Assembly (NCBI GenBank): GCA_023397245.1
Contig: JAEWUH010000235.1
Location: 1 to 44,050 of the forward strand
Reading direction: 5' to 3'
From: Bacillota bacterium
Lineage (GTDB): Bacteria > Bacillota > Clostridia > Oscillospirales > Acutalibacteraceae
DNA: 44,050 bases
Shown here: positions 28,192 through 37,060 of the stretch, piece by piece
How the letters are laid out: every line of letters begins with the position of its first letter
How positions within the stretch are numbered: position 1 is the first letter of the stretch
Position numbers and translations under genes: made by a program
Notes under the pieces: generated by a model
Seen by the model: the letters and a program-made list of their open reading frames with translations, nothing else
What the model was told of the DNA's origin: nothing
The model's database searches: none

Positions 28192-29628
28192 TTATAGGGT
28201 ATCCAGTTCAAACCAAAATTTGCTGCCCGCGCCCTCCCGGCTTTCCACCCCGTATGCGCCGCCGTGCATATCCAGAATGGTTTTTACAATAGAGAGGCCG
28301 AGGCCGGTTCCAATCTGCGCGCGTTTATGGGATTTGTCCACCTTATAGTAACGGTCCCAGATGTCCCTGAGCTTATCCTGCGGGATTCCCTCTCCGGTAT
28401 CGCGCACCTCTATGCGGACTTTTCCGCCGGCAACCGTCTGGCTGATCGCCACAAGCTTATCGCTGCCGGTATAAGTAATCGCGTTGTTTACAAGGTTATA
28501 TACGACCTGTGAGATTTTCAGCTCGTCGGCATTGACCGCCACATCCTGATCGGCATCAAATGTAATTTTATAATCCGTAAGCTTCGCGTAGCGGAGCATG
28601 ATTTTGCGGATGCTTTCCGTGAGATTGAAGTCTGTTTTCTCAAGGGTCTGCGTACCTGACTGCAGCTTGGAAATATCGAGCATATCGTTGACCAACGTAG
28701 TCAGGCGGGTCGCCTCGTCAATAATAATCTGCACGTTTTCCGGCGTATTTTCTCCGGGAAGATCGCGCATGATCTCGCTGTACCCGGTGATCATGGTAAG
28801 CGGGGTGCGCAGGTCGTGCGAAACGTTCGCAATCAGCTCGCGGCGGAGATTTTCGGTTTTGGAAAGCTCCACTGCCGCATAATTCAGCGTATGGCCGAGC
28901 TCCGCGATCTCCTTATAGCCGGTTTCCGCAAACTTCACATCATAGTTCCCGGTAGAAAGGGTCTTTGCCGAAGAATTGATATTTATAATCGGATTCGAAA
29001 TCAGCTTGGAAAGAAGCAGCGCCAGAAGCAGCGCCAGAAGGAGCATGATCGCCGTGATATACACAAGCTGTACGCGCAGCGTATTTACGGTTGCATCCAC
29101 CGGCGATATGGTGGTGTTCAGCAGCACAAGCAGCTTTGTCCCGTCCGTCTTCTTTGCAATCTGCGCATAGACCATACTTTCCATACCGCCGCGCGGCGGC
29201 CTGGCTTTATTTTCATATTCCGGCCCTTTGCCGTCCTCCTGCGGAAAACGTTCAAAATACGTGCCGCCCTGATCCTGCGTAAACGCATAAATCTTTGTCA
29301 GACTTTCCGCATTCAGCCGGTCCAGTATATTGGGCGTAGCGTTAACCGAGCAGAGCTTGCTGCCTTTTGCATCAATAATAAAAATATTGGTCTGAGTATT
29401 CTGCGAAAGGTTCTGAACGGTAGTGGAGAGGTCGGAAGCATTGATATTATCCACCAGCGTGTTGGCGGAGGCTTTAATTTCCCGTATTTTAATCGATTTA
29501 TAGAACTCGTCCAGAAATACGACCTGAAATACCCACAGCAAAACCAGAATCAGCAGAGTAAAGAAAGCAAAGCACCCAAATATCTGCCACTTTATGCTGA
29601 CGCGCTTAAACTGCAGCTTCCGTTTCAA
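28192..29628 (-). CDS. Sensor histidine kinase (2 TM, HAMP, HisKA, HATPase_c)
   Basis: H-box SHDLRTPLT, N-box NLVNNAITYT, G-boxes RDTGEGI and GTGLGLSIV. The likely start is the TTG at 29628, which overlaps the response-regulator stop by 23 nt. The ORF track extends to 29724. Confidence 0.85.
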   Translation of the reverse strand: MKRKLQFKRVSIKWQIFGCFAFFTLLILVLLWVFQVVFLDEFYKSIKIREIKASANTLVDNINASDLSTTVQNLSQNTQTNIFIIDAKGSKLCSVNATPNILDRLNAESLTKIYAFTQDQGGTYFERFPQEDGKGPEYENKARPPRGGMESMVYAQIAKKTDGTKLLVLLNTTISPVDATVNTLRVQLVYITAIMLLLALLLALLLSKLISNPIININSSAKTLSTGNYDVKFAETGYKEIAELGHTLNYAAVELSKTENLRRELIANVSHDLRTPLTMITGYSEIMRDLPGENTPENVQIIIDEATRLTTLVNDMLDISKLQSGTQTLEKTDFNLTESIRKIMLRYAKLTDYKITFDADQDVAVNADELKISQVVYNLVNNAITYTGSDKLVAISQTVAGGKVRIEVRDTGEGIPQDKLRDIWDRYYKVDKSHKRAQIGTGLGLSIVKTILDMHGGAYGVESREGAGSKFWFELDTL

Positions 29629-30298
29629 ACCGGTACCCCACCCCTCTGAGTGTAACAATAAATTTACTGTAATTTCCAAGGCTTCTGCGCAGGAGCTTGA
29701 TATGCGTATCCAGCGTACGGTCATCGCCGTAAAAATCGTAGCCCCATACGTTCGTAATCAGCTTTTCGCGCGTAAGGGCAATGCCCTTATTGTTTACCAG
29801 ATAGAAAAGCAGGTCATATTCCTTCGGCGAAAGCTCCGCCTTTTCCCCGTCCACAATGACGATGCGGCCGGTAAAATCGATGGTAAGCCCTTCAAAACGC
29901 ACCACTTCCTTCTGGGCTTCCGTGCCCGACGGACTGGAACGTTTGATAATAGCGTTGATCCGCATCATCAGCTCTTTGGGCGAAAACGGCTTGACCACAT
30001 AATCGTCAATCCCAAGCTCAAACCCGTGGATACGGTCGTATTCCTCGCCGCGCGCGCTGAGCATTAAAACCGGCGTGGCGGTATATTTTCGAATTTCCTT
30101 GACCGCGGAAAAGCCGTCAAGCTCCGGCATCATGACGTCCATAATAATAATGTCAAAATCATGCGGCCTGCTCCGGCAGATTGTGATTGCTTCCATCCCG
30201 TCACCCGCTTCGGTTACGGTATGGCCTTCAAACACCGCATATTTTTTGATCAGTTCCCTGATTTTCTGTTCGTCATCAACTACTAAAATGTGATACAT
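29606..30298 (-). CDS. OmpR-family response regulator
   Basis: Receiver domain (ILVVDDE, phospho-acceptor Asp in IIMDVMMP) plus a winged-helix Trans_reg_C domain (LRGVGYRF). GGGGG lies 7 nt before the ATG at 30298. Confidence 0.9.
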   Translation of the reverse strand: MYHILVVDDEQKIRELIKKYAVFEGHTVTEAGDGMEAITICRSRPHDFDIIIMDVMMPELDGFSAVKEIRKYTATPVLMLSARGEEYDRIHGFELGIDDYVVKPFSPKELMMRINAIIKRSSPSGTEAQKEVVRFEGLTIDFTGRIVIVDGEKAELSPKEYDLLFYLVNNKGIALTREKLITNVWGYDFYGDDRTLDTHIKLLRRSLGNYSKFIVTLRGVGYRFETEAAV

Positions 30299-30473
30299 AT
30301 CTCTGCCCCCATATACCATAGATAATAATGAATCGATTGCCGCATGGATGATTATATTATACCTTATATTAAGCTTTGATTGTGATGCCTTTGTGATTTT
30401 TTCCGGAATTTTCTAAATTATAGGAAAGATTTCCAAATATGAATTTTTGTCCCACATCCGAAAGGCGGCGCGC

Positions 30474-30514
30474 AAAAAGCCGCGGCAGACGAATGAAATC
30501 TGCCGCGGCTTTTT
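30474..30514. terminator. Intrinsic terminator downstream of cysK (bidirectional form)
   Basis: 12-bp stem agccgcggcaga / tctgccgcggct, flanked by an A5 run and a T5 run. Confidence 0.8.
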
Positions 30515-30538
30515 GATTGAATTTATAAAATTGATAAC

Positions 30539-31465
30539 TTAATCAAACACACCGGTGGAAAGGTAGCGCTCGCCGGTATCCGGCAAAAGGGCAACGATAA
30601 GTTTTCCCTTGTTCTCCGGACGCGCTGCAAGCTGGGTTGCGGCATAAACCGCTGCGCCGGAGGAAATGCCCACCAGCAGCCCTTCCGTGCCTGCAAGATG
30701 CTTTGTGGTTGCAAAAGCGTCCTCGTTGGCCACGGTAATCACTTCGTCAAGGATTTTGGTATTCAGGATATCCGGGACAAAGCCCGCGCCGATGCCCTGA
30801 ATCTTATGCGGGCCGGATTTTCCCTCGCTGATAACCGGAGAGCTCGCCGGCTCCACGCCTACAACCTTTACGTCCGGGTTCAGCTTTTTCAAAGCCTCGC
30901 CAACACCGGTAATGGTTCCGCCCGTACCGATGCCCGCTACGAAAATGTCGACCTTGCCGTCGGTGTCCTTCCAGATTTCCTGCGCGGTGGTCGCGCGGTG
31001 AACGGCAGGATTGGCCGGGTTTACAAACTGGCCGGGGATATAGGAATTCGGAATTTCTGCCGCAAGTTCATTGGCTCTGGCGATGGCGCCCTTCATCCCC
31101 TTGGCTCCTTCGGTCAGGACAAGCTCCGCGCCCAGCGCGGCAACCAATCTGCGGCGCTCAAGGCTCATGGTGTCCGGCATGGTCAGGATAATGCGGTAAC
31201 CCTTTGCCGCGGCGACAAACGCAAGGCCTACTCCGGTGTTGCCGCTGGTCGGTTCGATAATGGTGGTATCCTTATTGATTAAGCCTCTTTCCTCGCCGTC
31301 CTTAATCAGCGCGTAACCGACTCTGTCTTTTACAGAGGAAAGCGGATTAAAGTATTCCAGTTTGCCGGCAATCGTGGCTTCCAGATTCTTTTCCTGCTCA
31401 TAATTGGCAAGCTCCAAAAGCGGTGTGTTTCCGATCAGGTCTGTAAGATTTTTTGCAATTTTCAT
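30539..31465 (-). CDS. cysK: Cysteine synthase A (O-acetylserine sulfhydrylase)
   Basis: LIGNTPLL, the PLP-lysine region [15 protein letters not shown] and [17 protein letters not shown] lies 6 nt before the ATG at 31465. Confidence 0.9.
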   Translation of the reverse strand: MKIAKNLTDLIGNTPLLELANYEQEKNLEATIAGKLEYFNPLSSVKDRVGYALIKDGEERGLINKDTTIIEPTSGNTGVGLAFVAAAKGYRIILTMPDTMSLERRRLVAALGAELVLTEGAKGMKGAIARANELAAEIPNSYIPGQFVNPANPAVHRATTAQEIWKDTDGKVDIFVAGIGTGGTITGVGEALKKLNPDVKVVGVEPASSPVISEGKSGPHKIQGIGAGFVPDILNTKILDEVITVANEDAFATTKHLAGTEGLLVGISSGAAVYAATQLAARPENKGKLIVALLPDTGERYLSTGVFD

Positions 31466-31515
31466 AATGATCACTCCTAATATAATAATTCAGATTCATA
31501 AATGTAAAGAATATC

Positions 31516-31584
31516 TTAGCGACAACAGCGGCAGCAGACGGTTCCCAGGCAGTAAGTACCGCGCTTACATTGAACAGGTTTCAT
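31516..31584 (-). CDS. 22-codon polycysteine leader ORF upstream of cysK (MKPVQCKRGTYCLGTVCCRCCR)
   Basis: GGAGG (31596-31592) lies 7 nt before the ATG. Six of 22 codons are Cys, four of them in the last six codons. The ORF sits between the promoter at 31671-31643 and the cysK start. It is below the ORF-track size cut-off. Confidence 0.45.
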   Translation of the reverse strand: MKPVQCKRGTYCLGTVCCRCCR

Positions 31585-31642
31585 TATACCGCCTCCAATT
31601 ACATATTATTCATATCAATTTAGTATTGTTTATGTTAATGCT

Positions 31643-31671
31643 ATTATAGCTCCGCTTTTTTATAAAGTCAA
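31643..31671 (-). promoter_or_regulatory. Near-consensus sigma-A promoter for the cysK leader
   Basis: On the minus strand: TTGACT (31671-31666), 17-nt spacer, TATAAT (31648-31643). It lies directly downstream of the clpP terminator. Confidence 0.6.
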
Positions 31672-31722
31672 TAGGGCCGTAAAAATTTTTATGGCACTGC
31701 TTTGCAATCGCACTATTACATC

Positions 31723-31748
31723 AAAAAAGCCGCCACAACAGCGGCGGC
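31723..31748 (-). terminator. Intrinsic terminator of clpP
   Basis: GC stem gccgcc / ggcggc followed by TTTTTT on the minus strand, 8 nt after the clpP stop. Confidence 0.75.
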
Positions 31749-31755
31749 AGCTCTT

Positions 31756-32337
31756 TTATTTGCTTTGGACAATTGCGTCAATCAGCCCGTAAGCCTTTGC
31801 CTCCTCGGCGGACATAAAATTGTCCCGGTCCGTATCGACTTCTATTTTCCCGATTGGATTGCCGGTATTCCGGGCCAGTATCTCGTTGAGTTTCTTTTTG
31901 GACTTCAGCACATGTTCCGCCGCAATCTGAATATCGGAAACCGGACCTTTTGCGCCGCCCGACGGCTGATGAATCATGATCTCCGCGTTGGGAAGCGCAA
32001 AGCGCTTGCCTTTTGCCCCGCCCGACAGCAAAAATGCACTCATGCTCGCCGCCATGCCGATGCAGATAGTGGATACATCACATTTGATATAATTCATCGT
32101 ATCATAAATCGCCATGCCGGCTGTAACGGAACCGCCCGGGCTGTTAATGTACAAATGAATATCCTTACCGGGATCTTCGGATTCCAAAAACAGCAGCTGC
32201 GCAACAATCAGGCTCGCTGATTCATCACTTACTTCTTCTCCGAGCAATACGATCCGATCTTTTAACAGTCTGGAAAAAATGTCATAGCTTCTTTCTCCGT
32301 GAATCGTCTGCTCAACAACATAAGGAACCATATTCAT
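31756..32337 (-). CDS. clpP: ATP-dependent Clp protease proteolytic subunit
   Basis: N-terminus [27 protein letters not shown], as in Bacillus ClpP. Catalytic Ser in GMAASM and catalytic His in MIHQP. The ATG at 32337 overlaps the upstream stop as ATGA. Confidence 0.9.
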   Translation of the reverse strand: MNMVPYVVEQTIHGERSYDIFSRLLKDRIVLLGEEVSDESASLIVAQLLFLESEDPGKDIHLYINSPGGSVTAGMAIYDTMNYIKCDVSTICIGMAASMSAFLLSGGAKGKRFALPNAEIMIHQPSGGAKGPVSDIQIAAEHVLKSKKKLNEILARNTGNPIGKIEVDTDRDNFMSAEEAKAYGLIDAIVQSK

Positions 32338-32750
32338 GCCGCTTTCACCCCGCATTTCATAGTAACAGCAGAGTGATGACGGCGGATTTGCAGCTTACCG
32401 CTGTAGGCAAGCTGAACCGGACGGAACTCTCGCTTTTTCCGAAACTCCTGGGGCGAATTGCGATACAGGTTTCGGAATGCAAGAGAGTAGGATTGCTGTG
32501 ATTCATAGCCTGCCGCAAACGCGATCTCCACAATGGATTTTTCGGTAAAAACAAGCTGTCTGGCGGATTCGGTAAGCCTTCTCCTTTGAATATACCGGTG
32601 TATGGTACATCCGGTTGTCTCTGAAAAAATACGGTTCAGATGGAATTTAGAATAACCCGCGATATCCGCTACCCGGTCCAAATCCAATTCTTCCGAAAGA
32701 TGGTTCTCGATATAATCGGTAATTTTCTGAGTCAGCGCTTCGTTCTCCAT
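32334..32750 (-). CDS. Single-domain AraC-family (MarA/SoxS-like) transcriptional regulator
   Basis: Double HTH_18 pattern ([19 protein letters not shown]......[21 protein letters not shown]). Only ~30 aa follow the DNA-binding domain, so there is no ligand domain. Confidence 0.75.
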   Translation of the reverse strand: MENEALTQKITDYIENHLSEELDLDRVADIAGYSKFHLNRIFSETTGCTIHRYIQRRRLTESARQLVFTEKSIVEIAFAAGYESQQSYSLAFRNLYRNSPQEFRKKREFRPVQLAYSGKLQIRRHHSAVTMKCGVKAA

Positions 32751-32873
32751 CGTCGTTCACCTGCCTTTGTTTATTAGTATAACAGGGTAGCAGGTATTAT
32801 TCTAAATAAAAATTGCGGATTTTTCAATCTTTTCTCACTGTTCCTTTGGTTTGGAGCCTGCAAGGCGGTTGAC

Positions 32874-32915
32874 ATAAAAAGGGACAGCAACCTACCCCTT
32901 TCGGCTTGCTGTCCC
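32874..32915 (-). terminator. Intrinsic terminator of the T-box ABC operon
   Basis: 10-bp stem gggacagcaa / ttgctgtccc followed by TTTTT on the minus strand. Confidence 0.8.
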
Positions 32916-32985
32916 GCTATTTATCAAATTATGTCTGTTCGTTCAGCCGATACCCCGCGCTTTCCAGCGTTATTCCGGAGCTTTT

Positions 32986-33795
32986 TCAGTTCCCGTCCTC
33001 AATGCTGATTTCGTTGAATTTCTCCGTTAAGTCCTTGGTGTTCAGCGCCGCTTTTGCTTCCTCGGCGGCATCCAGAACAACCGTACCGCGGTGCATCATC
33101 ACGAGCCGGTCGCCGTAATTAATCGCAAACTTGAGGTTGTGCGTAACCATCAGCGTCGTCAGCTTTTTCTCGCGCACAATACGCTCCGTAAGCTCCATCA
33201 CGTTCTGGCTGGAACGCGGGTCCAGCGCGGCGGTGTGCTCATCCAGAATCAGCAAATCGAGCGGCGTCATGGTGCAGATCAAGAGAGCAAGCGCCTGACG
33301 CTGGCCGCCGGAAAGGCTGGCCACCTGCAAGTTCAGCTTATCCTCCAGACCGAGCTGCAGAAGCTCGAGCTGGGTGCGGTAGTAATCCGTGCGCTTTTTA
33401 TTCACACCGGTGCCAAGGCCGAACTTTCCGCCCTTGCTGTCGGCAAGCGCCATATTTTCCAGTATGGTAAGCTCAGGGCAGGTACCCTTCGATGGGTCCT
33501 GAAATACGCGCCCGATAAATTTTGAGCGCTGAAATTCCTTGAGTTTGCTGATTTCCCGGCCGTTTACGGAAATACTGCCGCTGTCTGCCGGAAAGCTGCC
33601 GCAGAGAAGGTTCAATATGGTCGTTTTGCCGGAGCCGTTGCTGCCGACCACCGACACAAACTGTCCTTTTTGTATTTCAAGGCTGAAATCGGTGAACAGG
33701 ACGACCTCGTTGACCGATTCCGGGTTAAATGTCTTATAGATATGCTGCAGGCTGACAAAGCTTTCGTTTGTCTCAGATTTGAGTTGGGTTGACAT
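32986..33795 (-). CDS. ABC transporter ATP-binding protein (partner of the PF04392-type system)
   Basis: Walker A GSNGSGKTT, LSGGQRQALAL, and Walker B LILDEHTAALD. The ATG at 33795 overlaps the permease end. Confidence 0.85.
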   Translation of the reverse strand: MSTQLKSETNESFVSLQHIYKTFNPESVNEVVLFTDFSLEIQKGQFVSVVGSNGSGKTTILNLLCGSFPADSGSISVNGREISKLKEFQRSKFIGRVFQDPSKGTCPELTILENMALADSKGGKFGLGTGVNKKRTDYYRTQLELLQLGLEDKLNLQVASLSGGQRQALALLICTMTPLDLLILDEHTAALDPRSSQNVMELTERIVREKKLTTLMVTHNLKFAINYGDRLVMMHRGTVVLDAAEEAKAALNTKDLTEKFNEISIEDGN

Positions 33796-34687
33796 TTTGT
33801 TTTTTCCTCCTGCCCGCAAACATATTGTTGGATACCAGCGCAAGGGTAAACAGAACCGCCATGAGCAGTTTCAGGAAGTTCGTGGGCAGTCCGAGCTGCA
33901 TCGCAATGACAAGGCAGGTTTTGTAGACAATCGCGCCGAGAATGACCGCCGTGGTGGCCTTCATGAATTTCACCTTTTTAAAGAGGTTGGAACCGATGAT
34001 GACCGACGCAAGCGCCATAACCACCATTCCGGTTCCGCTTGCCACGTTGGCGGATTCCGATTGCTGCGCAAGGATGCATCCGGCAAGCGCGGTAAAGCCG
34101 TTGCCAAAGGCAAGCCCTAAAATTTTCATGGTACCGGGGTCTTTGCCGAGTGAGATGACATACTGCGGATTGTCGCCGGAGGCGCGCAGCAGCAGGCCGG
34201 ATTTCGTCTTCAAATATAAATCTACAATCAGCTTTACAAAGATGCAGGATATCGCCACAACGATGAGAACACGGAAGTTCAGAACACCGCCGGCCAGAAG
34301 CCCCGCGGGGCCGGAGGTGAAAACCGTATCCTTATTATAGAATGCCAGTACCGCACTGCCGTTGGTGATTACAAGGTTGATGCTCCACAGCCCGGTCATA
34401 ACCAGAATGCCGGAGAGCAGGTCCGTAATACCGAGCTTCACATGCAGCAGCCCCGTGACACAGCCGGCCGCCGCACCGCACGCAAACGAAATAAGGCAGG
34501 CAAGCCACGGATTCACGCCGGCGGTGATGAGCGCAGCCGTTACGCACGCGCCGAGCGGAAAGGTTCCGTCAACCGACAGGTCCGGGAACCCCAACACCTG
34601 ATATGTTACGTAAACGCCTACCGCCATAATGCCGTAAATGAAGCCTTCTTCCAGCACGCTTCTGATCAGACCGAGAACGATATCCAT
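33773..34687 (-). CDS. ABC transporter permease (BPD_transp_2 / branched-chain type fold)
   Basis: About 8-9 TM segments in a Gly/Ala-rich hydrophobic protein, located between the SBP and ATPase genes. Confidence 0.8.
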   Translation of the reverse strand: MDIVLGLIRSVLEEGFIYGIMAVGVYVTYQVLGFPDLSVDGTFPLGACVTAALITAGVNPWLACLISFACGAAAGCVTGLLHVKLGITDLLSGILVMTGLWSINLVITNGSAVLAFYNKDTVFTSGPAGLLAGGVLNFRVLIVVAISCIFVKLIVDLYLKTKSGLLLRASGDNPQYVISLGKDPGTMKILGLAFGNGFTALAGCILAQQSESANVASGTGMVVMALASVIIGSNLFKKVKFMKATTAVILGAIVYKTCLVIAMQLGLPTNFLKLLMAVLFTLALVSNNMFAGRRKKQNVNPTQI

Positions 34688-34708
34688 TCGGGATTTACCA
34701 GCTTTCTG

Positions 34709-35749
34709 TTATTTAGTCACCGCAGTTGCCTTGGAATATTCGGCGGGGAGGGTCAGTCCGAGCTTATCCATGACCGCCTTGTTGTAAACGGGGGTGCATT
34801 CCTTTACTTCGTAGACCGGGATATCGGCAGCCTTGGCCTCGCCTTTCAGGATTTTCGCGGCCATTTTGCCTGTTTCCTTGCCGAGTGCGACATAGTCGAT
34901 GCTCTGGGAAGCAAGGCAGCCGTTCTTCACCTGCTCCTCTTCAGAACCGAAAACCGGAATTTTCGCGCCGTCCGCGGCTTGCAGCACGGTGGAAAGATTA
35001 TCCACTACATTATTATCGGTGAAATTGTTGATGCAGTCAACCCCTTTTGATACTGCGGTCGCGCTTGCCGCGGCAACCTCGGAGGAACTGGTAACGCCGA
35101 CGTCGACAACTTCAAAATTATACTTGGGCGCAAGCTCTTTGAACTGCTTGAGCTGGGAAACGGAGTTCGGCTCGCTGGTGGTGTAGATGATGCCGATCTT
35201 TTTCGCGTTGGGCAGGAACGCGCGGATCATTTTGATCTGCTGTTCCAGCGGGAGAACGTCAGAAGAACCCGTGCAGTTGACGCCCGGCTTTTCCTTGGCT
35301 TTCACAATGCCGGCGGCAAGCGGGTCGGATACGGCGGTAAAGACGACCGGAATATCGGTGCTCTTGGCCGCGCTGTAAGCCGACATGGCGGACGGGGTTG
35401 CGATGCCCATGATCAGGTCGTATTTCTTGGAAACCATATTTTTCGCAATCAGATCGCTGTTGGAGGTGTCGGCCTGCGCGTTCTGAAAATCAATGGTGAT
35501 GTTGCTGCCGTCCTTGAAGCCCGCTTCCTCAAGTCCCGCTTTAAAGCCGTTGTAGCAGTTGGCCAGCGAGGGGTGTGTTGCGAACTGGATCACGCCGATT
35601 TTAAAATTCTTTGCCGCAGAGGCTGCCGCGGACGCGGAACCGGCGGCGGACGCGGCGGAAGAAGCCGCCGGAGAGGAACAGGCAGCGCAGGACGCCGCCA
35701 AAGCGATCGCGGTAAATACCGCCGTTAATTTTTTTAATGTGTTTTTCAT
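34709..35749 (-). CDS. ABC transporter substrate-binding lipoprotein (ABC_sub_bind / PF04392-like)
   Basis: Lipobox LAASC and an Ala/Ser linker. FKIGVIQFATHPSL...NAQAD...GIATP is typical of this family. AAGGAGGA RBS before the ATG at 35749. Confidence 0.8.
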   Translation of the reverse strand: MKNTLKKLTAVFTAIALAASCAACSSPAASSAASAAGSASAAASAAKNFKIGVIQFATHPSLANCYNGFKAGLEEAGFKDGSNITIDFQNAQADTSNSDLIAKNMVSKKYDLIMGIATPSAMSAYSAAKSTDIPVVFTAVSDPLAAGIVKAKEKPGVNCTGSSDVLPLEQQIKMIRAFLPNAKKIGIIYTTSEPNSVSQLKQFKELAPKYNFEVVDVGVTSSSEVAAASATAVSKGVDCINNFTDNNVVDNLSTVLQAADGAKIPVFGSEEEQVKNGCLASQSIDYVALGKETGKMAAKILKGEAKAADIPVYEVKECTPVYNKAVMDKLGLTLPAEYSKATAVTK

Positions 35750-35870
35750 AGTAATTTCCTCCTTAAAGTTAAGCAATTTTGTTTTCGGTCGTTTGTAAAT
35801 GATTTTATAACAGGCCATCGCCACCAGCCATCCGACATAAACACCAACTCCTTAACCTGATTTATTGAGA

Positions 35871-36105
35871 AAAATAAAAAAGCCCTTGCCCCTGAAAAAT
35901 CAGGGACAAGAGCATTCACTCCTGCGGTACCACCCAAATTGGCGAATCAATCGCCCGCTTGTTCCATACACCATGATGTATGCTTCCTTGATAACGGGCA
36001 AAGTTCCCGTCGAAAACTACTAAGCTGCGCTTTTCGTTCCGCCCTCATAAGTCCATTCAGCCTGCCGCATCCTGCCGCAATCGCACCGCCTGCGGCTCTC
36101 TGAGT
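35871..36105 (-). promoter_or_regulatory. T-box riboswitch leader, probable Trp specifier (UGG)
   Basis: Minus strand: stem I begins with an AGAGAG motif. The specifier-loop context is GAA-UGG-A (UGG is the complement of 36055-36053). The T-box sequence is AAUUUGGGUGGUACCGC (35940-35924). A terminator (gcucuugucccug / caggggcaagggc plus U6) follows at 35913-35875. Confidence 0.8.
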
Positions 36106-36407
36106 GAATGGAATGCATGCTTACTATTCTTAATCACCGGTTTGTGGTCTTATTCTCTTTGTCAATTATTATATGCACATCGTCTGAAAATGTCAAGCAT
36201 AATTTTCACTGCCGGTCTGTCCGCCATACCGTTGTTTTTTCCGCAGTCTGTTTCATCCGGGCCGCCCGAATTGGAAACAAACCGGTAAATATGGTATAAT
36301 ATATTTTTCAAATTGTCAAATATATCCGTGCCGGTAAAATTTCCGGTCTTCCTTCCGATATATCTTTAAGGACGTTAAAACATGAGAGCTTAATGAGGTG
36401 TATAATA

Positions 36408-37043
36408 ATGATCAATGCGAGGGTTATTATTTCTATTTCCAGACAATTCGGAAGCGGCGGCCGCGAAATCGGCCGGAAGCTTGCGGAAGACCTGAACATT
36501 CCTTTCTATGATAAAAAAAGAATCGCGATCATCGCCCAGCAGAGCGGGATCAGCAACGAGCTTTTTGAAAAAGCAAACGAAAAAGCCGGCAGCAGCCTGC
36601 TTTATTCGCTCGTGATGGGAAGCTATACGTTCGGCAGCCATGTTCCGCCGGACAACGGAACGCCCATCAACGACCGGCTTTTTTCCATCCAGGCGGATAT
36701 CATAAAACGGGCGGCGGCGGAAGGCCCCTGCGTTTTTGTAGGCCGCTGCGCGGATTATGCGCTTCGCGAATACAAAAACGTCTTCCGGGTATTTATCCGC
36801 GCGGACCAGCCGTTCCGCATGGAACGTGCCGTAAGCGAATACGGGATCAAGCCGGAGGAAGCCGCTGAATTTCTCGTGAAAAAGGACCGCCAGCGGTCGA
36901 ATTATTATTCCTGCTATACGCAGAAAAAATGGGGCGATCCGGACAATTACCATCTTGTATTCGATTCCTCCGCTTTTGGAATCCGCGGCGCGGTTGAACT
37001 TATTAAATCGGCCGCGGCGATGCTGGAACGACAACCAGATTGA
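36408..37043 (+). CDS. Cytidylate kinase-like family protein (AAA/P-loop variant)
   Basis: The N-terminus IISISRQFGSGGREIGRKLAEDLNIPFYDK is typical of the Cytidylate_kin2 family. GAGGTG lies 7 nt before the ATG at 36408. Confidence 0.7.
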   Translation: MINARVIISISRQFGSGGREIGRKLAEDLNIPFYDKKRIAIIAQQSGISNELFEKANEKAGSSLLYSLVMGSYTFGSHVPPDNGTPINDRLFSIQADIIKRAAAEGPCVFVGRCADYALREYKNVFRVFIRADQPFRMERAVSEYGIKPEEAAEFLVKKDRQRSNYYSCYTQKKWGDPDNYHLVFDSSAFGIRGAVELIKSAAAMLERQPD

Positions 37044-37060
37044 ATTAAAGGAGTATTTTT

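Noticed and set aside
31516-31584. The Cys-rich 22-aa peptide as a RiPP precursor (SCIFF/ranthipeptide, sactipeptide) or a metallothionein-like peptide.
   Set aside because: There is no radical-SAM maturase, protease or exporter gene nearby. It does not resemble the SCIFF consensus. Its position inside the cysK leader, downstream of a dedicated promoter, fits a regulatory leader better. The alternative is not fully excluded.
31475-31700. Cys T-box or S-box (SAM) riboswitch upstream of cysK.
   Set aside because: The leader is only about 170 nt. It lacks the GGUGGUACCGCG T-box sequence, a specifier stem, and the S-box four-helix core.
32751-32880. CtsR operator upstream of the AraC-clpP pair.
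   Set aside because: No tandem GGTCAAA heptads are present. Only a generic sigma-A-like promoter is visible.
36108-36299. 63-aa ORF in the intergenic region between the T-box leader and the cytidylate-kinase-like gene.
   Set aside because: It has no RBS and an odd composition. It overlaps the likely promoter regions of both flanking transcription units.
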